A DNA stretch of 63,063 nucleotides, counting the filler, from Lenisia limosa (lineage: Eukaryota > Protista > Breviatea), in the NCBI GenBank assembly GCA_001655205.1. It is 9 parts of 9 records of this genome, joined end to end, with 100 filler letters (N's around TTAATTAATTAA, not from the genome) between each part and the next. Parts side by side here need not be neighbours in the genome. Positions count along the whole stretch, not along the records: positions 50,616 to 53,021 come from LPNZ01007018.1; positions 53,122 to 54,284 come from LPNZ01011036.1; positions 54,385 to 57,652 come from LPNZ01001886.1; positions 57,753 to 63,063 come from LPNZ01001288.1; 5 more parts are not named here. One strand, written 5' to 3'. Shown here piece after piece: positions 51,443 through 63,063 of this stretch. The number at the start of each line of letters is the position of its first letter. The stretch's first letter is position 1. The notes under the pieces are model-generated. The model worked only from the letters and a program-made list of their open reading frames with translations. It did not search any database and was not told where the DNA came from. A program made the position numbers and the translations under genes.

Positions 51443-52717
51443 TCAATTCCTGAAGTCTTTGGACTACCCCTGTCCCCTCAATAATTGGATCTTCTTTAGA
51501 AATGTGGGGGCGGCGGCGGCGGGGGCAGGGAATCTCATATTTTGGTACAAACGATCGTAACGAAAATCTTGCACCCTGGTTTCATGTTTGGCTTTTACTA
51601 CTATTTTGATCCTGGTTACTTGAGACGATAACCATTGTGTCTCTGATTACTTTAGATTGCCACAATTGTCGGACTTAATATGAAGGACTACTGTGAACTC
51701 ATTGCTCACGGTCCGGGGTGGTATAATATTAATACAGGGGGATGGGAGGCTACTATATTGATAATACTGGGGAAGGAAGGCAACTATATTAAAGAAGCGG
51801 GTTATTCATTTGATATTCATAACAGAACTATCTTTACCCCCCCCCCCCATTGGAGNNNNNNNNNNNNNNNNNNNNNNNNNNNNNNNNNNNNNNNNNNNNN
51901 NNNNNNNNNNNNNNNNNNNNNNNNNNNNNNNNNNNNNNNNNNNNNNNNNNNNNNNNNNNNNNNNNNNNNNNNNNNNGTTTGTTTTATAAATTTCCTCAGA
52001 GTTGAATTTAGGCATTTTTATTTTCATAAATTTCCATTACTCCCCCTTAGACTTGACCACCATCAATGAGTCAATTAAAAAGGCAGAAAAATTCGCTGAA
52101 AAGCACGGATGTGAAGCGCCCGAGGTGGCTTGGGGGGGGGGGGNNNNNNNNNNNNNNNNNNNNNNNNNNTTAATTTCAGAAAAGAATTTAAAATTCTAAA
52201 GTGGGACAGCCTTTAATTAAATTTTGACAATTATTTCCTCTTAAAACAATTAATTACATGGAAAGGGATATGTCCCCATAGATACCCAAGTCTTACGATT
52301 CAGCACATGGGATGGCTTTGTTTGAGAGTCTGTATTAAAAAAAACAAAAAGTGATAAAAGTGGTATTTTTATGGGGAAAAAAAAAAAAAAAAANNNNNNN
52401 NNNNNNNNNNNNNNNNNNNNNNNNNNNNNNNNNNNTTTTAAAATAGCCTGCTTTTAGACAAGTCCAACTCTTACAATTAGAACATGGTGTACTCTATGTC
52501 TTCTTCCTCAGCCTCCCTCATGGATGATGATGACGAAGTCAACCTCTCCTTAAGACAACAGGTATGCCTTTTGTTTCTGATCTTTCTTGGTAACCCAATG
52601 TATTGTTTACCATTTGTAAGGCAATTGATTGGATGAATTAATAATATTCTACAATCCGCTGTGGACGGCTTTGGTCAAATACAATCTTGTTTTATTCCTA
52701 TCTTTTTTCTTTATTCT

Positions 52718-52845
52718 TTATTCTTCCTTCTTCCTTCTTCCTTCTTCCTTCTTCCTTTTTCCTTCTTCCTTCTTCCTTCTTTCTTCTTTCTTCTTTCTTC
52801 TTTCTTCTTTCTTCTTTCTTCTTTCTTCTTTCTTCTTTCTTCTTT
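52718..52845. repeat. (CTT)n/(CTTT)n pyrimidine microsatellite
   Basis: Continuous TTCTTCC/TTTCTTC-type repeats. Confidence 0.92.
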
Positions 52846-55800
52846 AACATAATCTGTAACTTGAAGCCCTAATCTTATCATTTTAATTCCCACGCCTCAT
52901 CCCTATCTGACCATTCAGTTCCTTGTTCGTTTGAACTGCGTCATTGCGGGTAGAAGCCAGCTCTACGACTTTGTGGGGGGGGGGAACTACTTCTTTTAAA
53001 AAATAAATTTTTTTATGTTTTNNNNNNNNNNNNNNNNNNNNNNNNNNNNNNNNNNNNNNNNNNNNTTAATTAATTAANNNNNNNNNNNNNNNNNNNNNNN
53101 NNNNNNNNNNNNNNNNNNNNNTTGTCTAGTTGGGCTGAAAACATGGACTGGTTTGCAGCTTGCATGGGATTGACTGCCGAGTTGACTGGGGATGGGGTAA
53201 AAATGGAAAACTGAAGAAACAAAAATGCCCAGATCAATTCTATCGAGAAGAAACACAAGTGGTTTGAAAACAATTTAAAGCAAAGCCCTGAACATTCGCT
53301 TCTGCAGCACCGCATCCCATGGGGGGGGGGGGGNNNNNNNNNNNNNNNNNNNNNNNNNNNNNNNNNNNNNNNNNNNNNNNNNNNNNNNNNNNNNNNNNNN
53401 NNNNNNNNNNNNNNNNNNNNNNNNNNNNNNNNNNNNNNNNNNNNNNNNNNNTGCGAAACATAAAGGAACCTGAAAATAATATGACAAAGAGAAAAACTAT
53501 CCAAAATAATAGGACCAAGCTGAATAGAAAGGGGCTTACAGGCTTGTAAGGTTTTGGCTCTTGTCGCTTCCAGAGAGGGAGTTTCAGGAGGCCTTGCGGT
53601 TAAATATTCCTGAGCAGTCAAGGTGATCCTGAGCATGTCCACAGGGAACAGAAGAAATATTCTAATTACACCCATTTCTCCCTGAGCAACCATCCCATTA
53701 AATCGTGAGCTTAACAAGTTTCAAGATATGACACGATACCTAGTCTCTTCAGTCATACCTCAGGATCTTCAAGAGCCCTTGCCAAGTTGGAGTGGACAGT
53801 GATCCGCTGTGAGGTGACCCCCGACCTGAACAGTAAAATGAACCGTGCTATGTTCGCGGTACTTTCAGTTTCAAAAGAAATGAAGGGTCGATATTTTTCG
53901 AAGGTAAAGTGAAACAAGTTAAGTACTCTAGCAAGCATAGCTGTGTTGAAGTTGGTTGCTCGGTCGAGCTATTGATTGCGAGCTATTGATTTGAAGCAAC
54001 TGACGGAAAGCTCCACGGGGCTTTGATCGAGGGGAATATTTTTATTACGTTCTCAAAATGCAAGCTGCGCTAGTATCTCATAGTGCTTAGCTGCTTCCAA
54101 ACGAAAGAGTTAAAACTGAATGTACAGTTTAAAATTCAAAAATTCTAGCTGCTACTGTTTTTGAGAATAACGTAGTAAGTATTTCCCCTACATTTGCCTC
54201 TGAAATGCCCTTGGTGGAACAGACGAAGGGGCAGGGGCAGAGATGACAGATTTTGGCCCTAAAAAATTAAAGTGATGCGGCATGNNNNNNNNNNNNNNNN
54301 NNNNNNNNNNNNNNNNNNNNNNNNNNNNTTAATTAATTAANNNNNNNNNNNNNNNNNNNNNNNNNNNNNNNNNNNNNNNNNNNNGATATCAGGCGAACAA
54401 ACGGTCAAAACCATGGTGTCGCTTCAATCAGTAACAATTGACATTCTTGACAGGTTTGCTGGAATCGTATATTGCAGTGTGGAGTGATAAGTAGGCCTAC
54501 AGTCCTAAAAAAGACTGAAAATCTCGATATATCCTCGATAAATATCGATGTTTAGGTCCTTTTCGGAGGAAAGCAAAGCCCTAGTGATGAGCATTAATAT
54601 CGATTATATGTATGTGCACTGAAGATGGGGTCTGAGAAAGACGAGGCCTATTCTTGGTCACTTAAACGATATTAACCCTTAACATCGTCCCCCACAGTAA
54701 CGACATTTTGCCGTTACACGCTGTGGCGAGTTGTGGTTTAACGTACTCGTCAAATGAAGCTGTCACGTGGAGACAGGGCTATTTGCCTGTTCATGTGGGG
54801 GGGTCTTTTCAACTTCTTCAGGAAGGTCTTTATATTGTCAGGGCAACAGAGTTGATTTTGGTTTTTTTTTGTTTTCTTTCAAACAATTTTATTTTTACTC
54901 TGTATAGCGAGTAGCCACCAACATCAATGCGCCTGACCTGGCTATCATGTCGTCTCCTCAATCCCTTGCCAGAACTCAGGATCTTGGTGGGCTATTGTAA
55001 AGTCTCTATTCGTCTTCGGACAGGTACAACCTTATTTTTTTATTTCTCATCTCTCTACATGTATATGATGTATTGTCGTTTCATCTTACTCTACTGTCAA
55101 TATAAAACTTTGTTATCATCTTACCATCTCTCTTTTTTATAGCATCTTAGCAACACTATACTATTGTTGTCTCACGCTGCAGTCAACGAAGTTTTGACAC
55201 TGGAGCGTATGGCCAAAATGCCAGTGTACACCCAGTTGAAACACCCTGATAATTACGAGGTAGGAGCAGGAGCAATTATAGTGGGGGGTACACGAATGAA
55301 GGAGAGAAGTGAATGACAAGTAGGGCTTCACTTTGGTTCGAAAAAGACCGGTAAAACATGGATAGTTTTCCAAGATTTATCGATAAATTCAGTTTTTTTT
55401 TCGAAAGCAAAGCCCTAGTGACGAACACCCATTATTCCCCCGAATTGATTTTGGGCTTCTTTTCTTTTTTTTCATAAATTTTCAAAGTTTACTCCCCCCC
55501 CCTCCCCAGGTCACCGTCTCCACTAAGGTAACATCTGAAACTCAGGTGATCTCTTTGATCTGTCCCGAGGCTGCAGGACTGGCAAGTGCACAGAAGGTCA
55601 AGGAAAATAATAAAGTCGTTTGTGGGGGGACATGCATCCTGTTCGTGTATATAATCACAACCTCAGCATTCCTTAGATAGCATTCCTTAGATACTTTCCC
55701 ATCTGGTTTTTGTCTAGTTTTAGCATTGCTCGTATTGTTGCTTGGTTTGTTTTTTATTTGTTTTTTTCTTTGCTTTTTGTTTGTTTGTTTTTTGCTTTTA

Positions 55801-55964
55801 CTCACCCCCTAGCCCCTAGTGGTTCTCCTCGGTTCACAGCTCTTCGTATCTATTTCGCCGCCAACCGGAACCGAAAGTGCGCACACCATTATTACCGTCA
55901 ACAAAGCTGTGCTGCATCCCTCGTTTATGAGGTGTGTTTAGCGTATGTTTAGATCTAACAAGGG

Positions 55965-56112
55965 GGTAATTATATAGCAATGAGAAATTAAAAAATAAGG
56001 TTGTATCTGACCGAAGCCGTCCACACCATCACGCTTGTAAGAGATATCAGATTATAGTATAATACTATTAATTCACACAATCATTGCCACACAGCTTTCT
56101 GAGTGCCTCCAC
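55965..56112. repeat. Dispersed repeat family C, representative copy (others ~7670-7705, 16610-16670, 40485-40583 inv, 44690-44838, 52660-52700 inv, 56760-56850 inv, 59890-59995 inv)
   Basis: Shared TAGCAATGAGA..AATAAGGTTGTATCTGGCCGAAGCC..CACCATCACGCTT..AGAGATAT..CAATCATT..CACACAGCTTTCTG(C/A)GTGCCTC. Confidence 0.8.
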
Positions 56113-59100
56113 AGAAGAATACAAAAGGTGTAGCAGCAGCGGGTCTTAATATATATGTATATCCGAGGGAAATATATACCACCCCAGGTCACATAATATC
56201 ATAAAACACCCCTCAGAAAGAGATATGATCATATCATATAACCACCCCAGGTCACATGATCTTCCATCATCAGCCATCACGTCCCGGGTATCCGAGCCGT
56301 CTACAGAACTTGCCGTCTCGGGATTGACTGTTAAATTGGAACACTACTCCGAAACTAACGTAAGCGCACCCCCATGTTTTTAATATTATTGTTTTTTTAT
56401 TTTCCCATAACCCCCCCCCCTCAACATGTATACATTTTCCTTGTTTCACCGGTTGTTCATGTTTGTTATTGATTGGTTTTTTTTTGTTTTTTGTTTTTGT
56501 TGGAGTTTCAGATTATTCGGTTCATGATTAGTACCATTACGGCAATATTCTTCGTCCACATTTCCTTCGCTTTACCCCCCAGTCCTCCACCGCCGTCAGC
56601 ATAGAGCAGCTGAATGGGACGGTCTCGCTCCTTGACATCGGATTGATCAGTGACATCGTGGCCTCTCTGGGGAAGTACCAACGTGGGGAGGGGGTGAGTC
56701 ATGTAGCTTTCTGATTGCGTAAATTATTAGAAAAATGTGTGCATAGAGTTGTAGGTTAATGATTGTGTGAATTCATAGTACGTTATCCAATATCTCTTGT
56801 AAGCGTGATGGTGTGGATGGCTTAGGCCAGATACAACCTTGTTTTATTTCGCATTTCAACATAGCACAAACTCCACTATCATTTCTACATTCTCTCACCC
56901 CCCATCATCTCACACCCTACCACCCGTACAATCACAGCCCCATAGCCAAGATTTTGGGCTTTTTGTTTCATAAATTTCCAATTTTACTCCCCCATAGCCA
57001 AGTCTAGTTTTAGCGTTGCTGCTTGTGTTTGTTGTTTTTTTTTTGTTTGGAGTTTCAGATTTCGGTTCGTGATTAGTACCATTATGTCAATGTTCTTCAT
57101 CGAAATTTCCTTCGTTTTACTCCGCCACAGCCAAACCAATTTCTGCCCCCGAAATGACCATGTCTCTGCAGCAATCTGCTGACGATTTTGCGTGAGGGGG
57201 GGGGGNNNNNNNNNNNNNNNNNNNNNNNNNNNNNNNNNNNNNNNNNNNNNNNNNNNNNNNNNNNNNNNNNNNNNNNNNNNNNNNNNNNNNNNNNNNNNNN
57301 NNNNNNNNNNNNNNNNNNNNNNNNNNNNNNNNNNNNNNNNNNNNNNNNNNNNNNNNNNNNNNNNNNNNNNNNNNNNNNNNNNNNNNNNNNNNNCCAAGCC
57401 CATTTCTGATGCCCCCACTCCGACAGAACATTACAGCAACTTCCCCGTGCCGCGGGTGGGTGGGGGTATATTATATCATGTATTACATGGGAGGTCTCGT
57501 TTACATGCGGCAAGCTCCCCCTTTCTCACCTCTCTTCCTCCACCCCCCTTTAAAAGATTGTACATGGGGGTGTCAGAGAGGGAATGGCGTGAATTGATTG
57601 TGTACACGGGGGTGGGCTGTTCCATCTCACCCACTTTAGTCCACATACTCCCNNNNNNNNNNNNNNNNNNNNNNNNNNNNNNNNNNNNNNNNNNNNTTAA
57701 TTAATTAANNNNNNNNNNNNNNNNNNNNNNNNNNNNNNNNNNNNNNNNNNNNGAAGGTGGGAAAGGTATAATTGGAGGAAAGCACGAAAATTCGATAATG
57801 CGTTCTGGGTGATTTTGTAAAGATCTGTTCTGTAATTATTCCCTTGTTGTCATTTTTATTTTCAACTGAGTGACCGAATAAGTCGTGACCAATTTGCTAT
57901 GGAATATTTGTTAAGACTTATCCCGTCACTGTTTATGATAAGCATGATATACAATGCCCGAGATAATCGTCAGCAAAAAGATTTGAAATAACTTTTCGCA
58001 ATTTCAACAGTTTTCAGTAGAAAAGTAACCTTTTTTGTAAAAAGTTTTATTTAAATGAAGAACCCCCCCCCCCACCAGGGTTCTGAGCTTTTGGAGACAT
58101 TGTTGCATGCATTCGTTGAAAACCGGCCGGCTACATTCGTTACCAACTACCACTCTGGACCCCCCGATCTCCCCTTGAGTTTACCACTTGGAGCCCCTGG
58201 AGTGTACAGGGTGACCAATTACCGAACAAAATAAACAATTTCAAATGATTTCCTTTGTTTAAACAGAAACGAATCAAAATCAAAAGAAGAGCAAAATCCG
58301 TTTTTCTTTCAAACAATACGTGTATTGCAGAAAAAAAAGGAATACAAACCTCCGCACCTCCTCCGCCAGCATACCTCTGGAAAAACAACTGCTTCAAGGC
58401 AACGACAAAGTTATCCATAATGCTGGATCAGGAAAGAGAAAGAGGCCGCAAACCCAAATCCTAAGAGGTATCGACCTTAATCATTATGAGTTTCACATTC
58501 ATTAGGTCATACAACGAGATGGAAGAGCTGTTGCGAGCAGTTTCCTGCTTCTACTTTCCCCTTTATTTCTATCAGACTATCCACAACAGTATATAATTAA
58601 AAGATGCTGCGAACCCAGAAGAAAACAAAACCTAGAGAGAGAACATCAACAAAAAAGGAACCGATCTCTCCGATCTCTGTCTTCTTACCACTACCTGTTT
58701 TCCTGTTTCGTTGTAGTGTTGTATATTATTATATTTATTATTTGATATATTATTTTTGAAGCATAAAACCCGAAAATAGCTTTTCGTCAGTTCCCGATTC
58801 AGTGAGCCGGTGAACTTCATTGCTCCTGGTGGATAGTTCAGTTAGAGTAACATTTTTTCAGTCCGAATCAAAGGAAGAAGGTTGGATCCGGATTTTGATA
58901 CGCGTTCTTTTCTGGCTTTTCTTCTTCTTTTCCCGCAGCAGTCCCTCTATGTTTGTCGCTTACTGCTGACAAAATTGAAAAAAGAAGCGGGAGGGAAAGC
59001 ATCAAAATGCAGATGACTGAAATGCAAGCCGCGCATATTGGCGCGGGCGTGCGGTGAGGTTTTTTTGGCGCATTTTGCATTTTGCATTTTGCTGCATTCG

Positions 59101-59212
59101 CGTTTTCTGCTTTATTTATATTTGAATCATATTTGTTGTATTTAACTAATGAGTAAATAACTGTATCTAAGAAGATGATCGTATGAAACCTTCCACGCCA
59201 AATTCCTTCCTG

Positions 59213-59470
59213 CTATTGCCGCCCATTCTTTGAATTAAGCATGGAAGAGACCGTGTTTGTGGCCAAAAGGCCAACATATCTCGACAAAGTGGCCGGAAAG
59301 CTCCTCACTGCCGACAATGTACTTTTGATGCCGATCAGAATACTTTGGTCACTTCTCTTCTCTTCAGTCGTCTTGTTCCACATCTCGGACGCCTTCAACA
59401 ATGCTCTTAAAGAGGGTGTGACGTTGACTGTTCTCCGTGATTCGGTCACTTCAAAGATGGTGGGTGATGT
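59213..59470 (-). CDS. Possible exon of an unknown gene
   Basis: Open 80-codon segment with host-like codon usage in an otherwise AT-rich scaffold; no family recognised. Confidence 0.25.
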   Translation of the reverse strand, partial: TSPTIFEVTESRRTVNVTPSLRALLKASEMWNKTTEEKRSDQSILIGIKSTLSAVRSFPATLSRYVGLLATNTVSSMLNSKNGRQ

Positions 59471-61314
59471 GTGCTCTGTTTAGTATATCTATTTTTTTTA
59501 ATCTTTCCAATCTGGAATCGAGCTCTCTGATATGTTTCACCTAAGTTTCTGCTGAAAGAATTGTGATGAAACAGAAACTTTTGTGTTTGTTTGTTGATAT
59601 TTGTTCCCTTTCTTCTGTTTGAAACTCAGTCTTTTTTTACGTTATTTTAAAAAACGGATACCCCCCTTCCAGTCCCTCTTTTGTGTTTATGTTCTGAATG
59701 TGTGAATTCATCATTCTATTGAGCTTGTTTCGGCTTAGATTTGACAAACTCCCTCTCCCCTCCTCCCTCCCCTCACTCCTGGGGTAGAGGGGAGTTATCA
59801 GGCAGAGATCTTATTCAACATCTGTTCTGTTAGTTATTACTTTTCTTAGTTCCCACTTTTTCATTCTAGTATCGTGTGAGCACTTTTGATACACAGAGAG
59901 CTGTGTCTACATATTTTTAAGGCAAATGATTGGGTGAATAAATATTATAATTCAATGTCACTCAAGAGTGTTGGGCTTCGGCCAGATACTCCCTTGTTTT
60001 GCTCCTCATGACGTCATAGATGACCCCCATACTGGCGGCGTGGACGCTGGCATGTTTTATCATGGCCCGGGTATCCGAGTCAACTTTATTTATTAACCTG
60101 GGGCTGTCTCTGACGTCTCTGGCAGCTCTTTATGGCATGGTGGTCTCAGCTTTGACTATAGTTAGAGGGGGGGGGGGGNNNNNNNNNNNNNNNNNNNNNN
60201 NNNNNNNNNNNNNNNNNNNNNNNNNNNNNNNNNNNNNNNNNNNNNNNNNNNNNNNNNNNNNNNGAAAAAGACTCGAGATATTAAGTCTTTTTTCGAATCA
60301 AAGTGAAGCCCTTGATAGAAGTTTCGTTGAAGTTCGAAACTACATATTACTGAGTAAGTTTAGAACCAACGTATAACTCCAAGATATTGCGGGCGACACT
60401 GTGTCATTTTCCACTTCTTGACAAAACGCGATCCTTCATATTATTATTATGATCTTCTATCCCCCCATGCGATATTAGAACCCCATTAGAACTTTAAACA
60501 GGCAAGATATCACGATTTAACCATCAAGGGCTTCATTCTCGGGCCCCAAGCGAAGCTGCTGGTTGCTGTCTGTGGCTTGTTTATTCTACTGTCCCTGCGG
60601 TGGCCGTATATGCACTGTGGGGGGTATTGCCTGTGTTAACTGGGAGATATGTGCCTGTTTTGTTTTACAGGATGGAGTTTTAAATATGTAGTCAATAGAG
60701 TTGATTCGTTTTCATCAGTTATCAGAGTTGCTTTTAGGTTTTGTTTTTGTTTTTGTTTCATTTAATGTTCCGTTTTCACCTCTCAGTGGGACATGTGCGC
60801 TTGAAACGGCTGCATTCTATAGTTTTCATCTACCTGGTGTTCCTGGCAACTTCAATTGGTGCGATGGGAGGACCTTTTTTTATCGTAATTGGATATTAAT
60901 ATTTCTTTTCGTGTGTCTGATTGTGGGTGTTGTCAAATATTTTGTGAACATGGTTATGATCAAATGCAACCTTTCTTGTGCGATGATAGGAAACCTATCT
61001 TTAAGTCTGTTTTGTCATTTTCCTCTTTTCCTCTTCCATACCATTGTACCTCTGATACTTTTTAGAAGATAAGGAGGAATACGAGTGCTTCTTCGGCTCT
61101 GGTATTGTTAATGCCCTCTATTATTTCCCTGGATTTCCGATCTTGCAATGGGCACATTACCTTATATGGTATTTGGCGGGTTTATTGGAGCAAAACAATT
61201 CAATAAATATAACCTGGGGATACACAATACTGCATATGGGTAATTAGGGGAGGGAAGGGTCTTACTAGTTGTGTTGTGGAGGAAGGATGTGGGGGCTATT
61301 GTATGAGTTATATC

Positions 61315-61414
61315 TAGGGTTTCACTTCGATTCGAAAAATACCGGCAAAATATCGAGAGCTTTCTAGGATTTATCGAGAAATTATGTCTTTTTTTGAACC
61401 GAAGGGAAGCCCTA
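61315..61414. mobile_element. ~100-bp MITE family A, representative copy (others ~16130-16208, 35575-35658, 48860-48950, 50085-50150, 50682-50753, 54500-54583, 55321-55417, 60264-60312, 61889-61975, 62728-62827)
   Basis: TAGGG(C/T)TTCACTTCG(G/A)TTCGAAAAA ... TTTTT(C)GAACCGAAGGGAAGCCCTA inverted ends around a TATCGA/TCGATA-rich core. Confidence 0.8.
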
Positions 61415-63063
61415 ATTATGTGGGGAGGGTATGTCATCTGTTATCTTTTCTTGGGGTGGTGAGTGGCAATAAAGCTTAACTTTTGTCCAAAAGTAGCTGT
61501 CTTTTACTTGTTTCTGATTGTATTGTAATTTGTCCAGGGAATATCCTGTTGTTACTGCAGTCATCTTCTTCTTCTGTGATCAGGTATGATAGGAGGCGAA
61601 AATAGGATTTCACAATTGTGATTGAAATATACCCTTGTTTGGGGGTCAGAACGAGGGATAAATATAGCCAGTTGTTCTTTTCATATCCACAAAAAGGGCG
61701 TTCTAATCGCTTCTTTGTGAGAGAATTTGTTTTATTTCTTTGACAATTTAGATTATCCCCGACCTTTCTGTTTTCCCGTCTTTTATTGTGGATTTCCACC
61801 TTGCTTTGTACCAAGTGGGGCCTTGGGGTGAAAACTGTTTCAAAAAGTTTTGCTGCCTTCTCATTTATGTGCTCTCCTAAATGATACAAGGGCTTCACTT
61901 CGGCTCTAAAAAAGACTTAATTTTTCGATAAATCCTCGAAAATTATCGGTATTTTTGCCAGTCCTAGATATAAGGATATTCAACCCCAAATTATACCCTT
62001 TTAAAACATGATATGTTTGAAACAAAAAAAGAGAATTTATGGTAGCAGAATAGTAGTGGGTTTGCGAGAAGGGCTTCTTCGGTTCCCACCTGATTTAGTA
62101 TTCCTCTGTATTTATCTGTTCCCTAGAATGTATTATTTCTCTTGTTTCAAAAAACTTACACCGCAGTTCAACGCGATTTTTCTTATGTACCGAATCACGG
62201 AGCGCGCGGCCACAATCATCTCGCTCCCAATGCAGGTTTGTGGTGAACGGCTTTTTTTTCTTTTTTTTTTTGTTTGAGTGAAAGATCTCTGGGATCTGAT
62301 ATTAGGAAAAAGCCCACTCGCGGCTTCCCTCTTGGGATGGTGCAGATGCTGTTCTTCATCTTGCTACAGTGCAACTCCATGAAATAATATATATACTATT
62401 TGATTTTTTTTGCTTCCTTTTGTTTTCACGATTCCAGGAATTTGTTGACGATTTGACTCAGAGGGCTGATGACGGTCCAATTCGGATGGCTGAACTGGTG
62501 TTCCTAGGTATGGGGACGGTAGACATCGTTTAGGGCTCCGTGAAATGAATTTTTTGAAGAAATTAATTGGCAAAATTAGAAATTATAGTCTCAGAAATTG
62601 AGTTTACATTACAATATGTCGCACTTCAAATTTTACAATTATTTTTTCAATTAATTGCACAAGCCCTAATCGAAATGATTAAATTTTGCACGTCTTCTGT
62701 ATTCCATGCTTAAACGTCTATTCCACATAGAGCTTCACTTCGGTTCGAAAAAAAGACTGAATTTGTCGATAAATCCTCGAAAACTATCGATATTTTCCGG
62801 GCTTTTTTGAAAATTAGTGAAACCCTAATTGCCCCATAGCGGTCACTGCAGTCTGGGCGTCTCTCTTTCACACCCCTCAAAACGTGCCTTTGGTCCAGGT
62901 GGGGTGGCATGGGGGTACAATAGTGCTATCTATGAGCCTTAATGCGAATATTCTTGGTTAACATTTCAACGAAAACCACTCATCTCCCCCTCCTTTTTGT
63001 GTTGGCCAAGTCTCAGTGTTTAGCAAATAGAGTCGAATTTGTGTTTTTTTTCACAAATTACCT

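Noticed and set aside
52629-52893. ORFs rich in F/L/S or K/E/R
   Set aside because: They are translations of a CTT/CTTT microsatellite.
7265-57752. Eight TTAATTAATTAA palindromes spaced through the window
   Set aside because: Each is flanked by exactly 44 N on both sides; these are artificial scaffold linkers with all-frame stops, not biology.
61476-62573. ORFs near the right end as possible retroelement fragments
   Set aside because: No RT, endonuclease, integrase or gag motif was recognisable; they may be exons of an unknown gene but cannot be supported.

Overview
Eukaryotic (intron-rich, flagellated, probably protist) draft sequence, not a prokaryote. The window is 9 separate scaffolds joined by identical artificial 100-bp spacers (N44-TTAATTAATTAA-N44), so adjacency across spacers is meaningless. 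Scaffold 1 (1-7264) is a GC-rich, apparently intact Helitron2/Helentron-type RepHel gene on the minus strand. Its main exon is a ~1,930-codon open frame running off the left edge and is absent from the ORF track. Its N-terminus carries three tandem copies of an unrecognised ~140-aa domain, and ~160-bp tandem repeats lie upstream. Scaffold 2 (7365-35725) is a compact, gene-dense host region with short introns and divergent gene pairs: DRC7, an unknown gene, an EEF2KMT/METTL21-like methyltransferase, a mitochondrial phosphate carrier, a PQ-loop protein, a large S/T-P-rich protein, CYB5D1, an ELMO-domain protein, a secreted orphan protein and TRM5. The remaining small scaffolds are repeat-rich: a Tc1 (DD34E) transposase in scrambled order, an intron-containing pogo/DDE_1-like fragment, at least four families of short dispersed repeats/MITEs, minisatellites and unidentifiable gene fragments. 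All translations and splice models were made by eye and no database searches were run. Exon boundaries outside conserved motifs are approximate.
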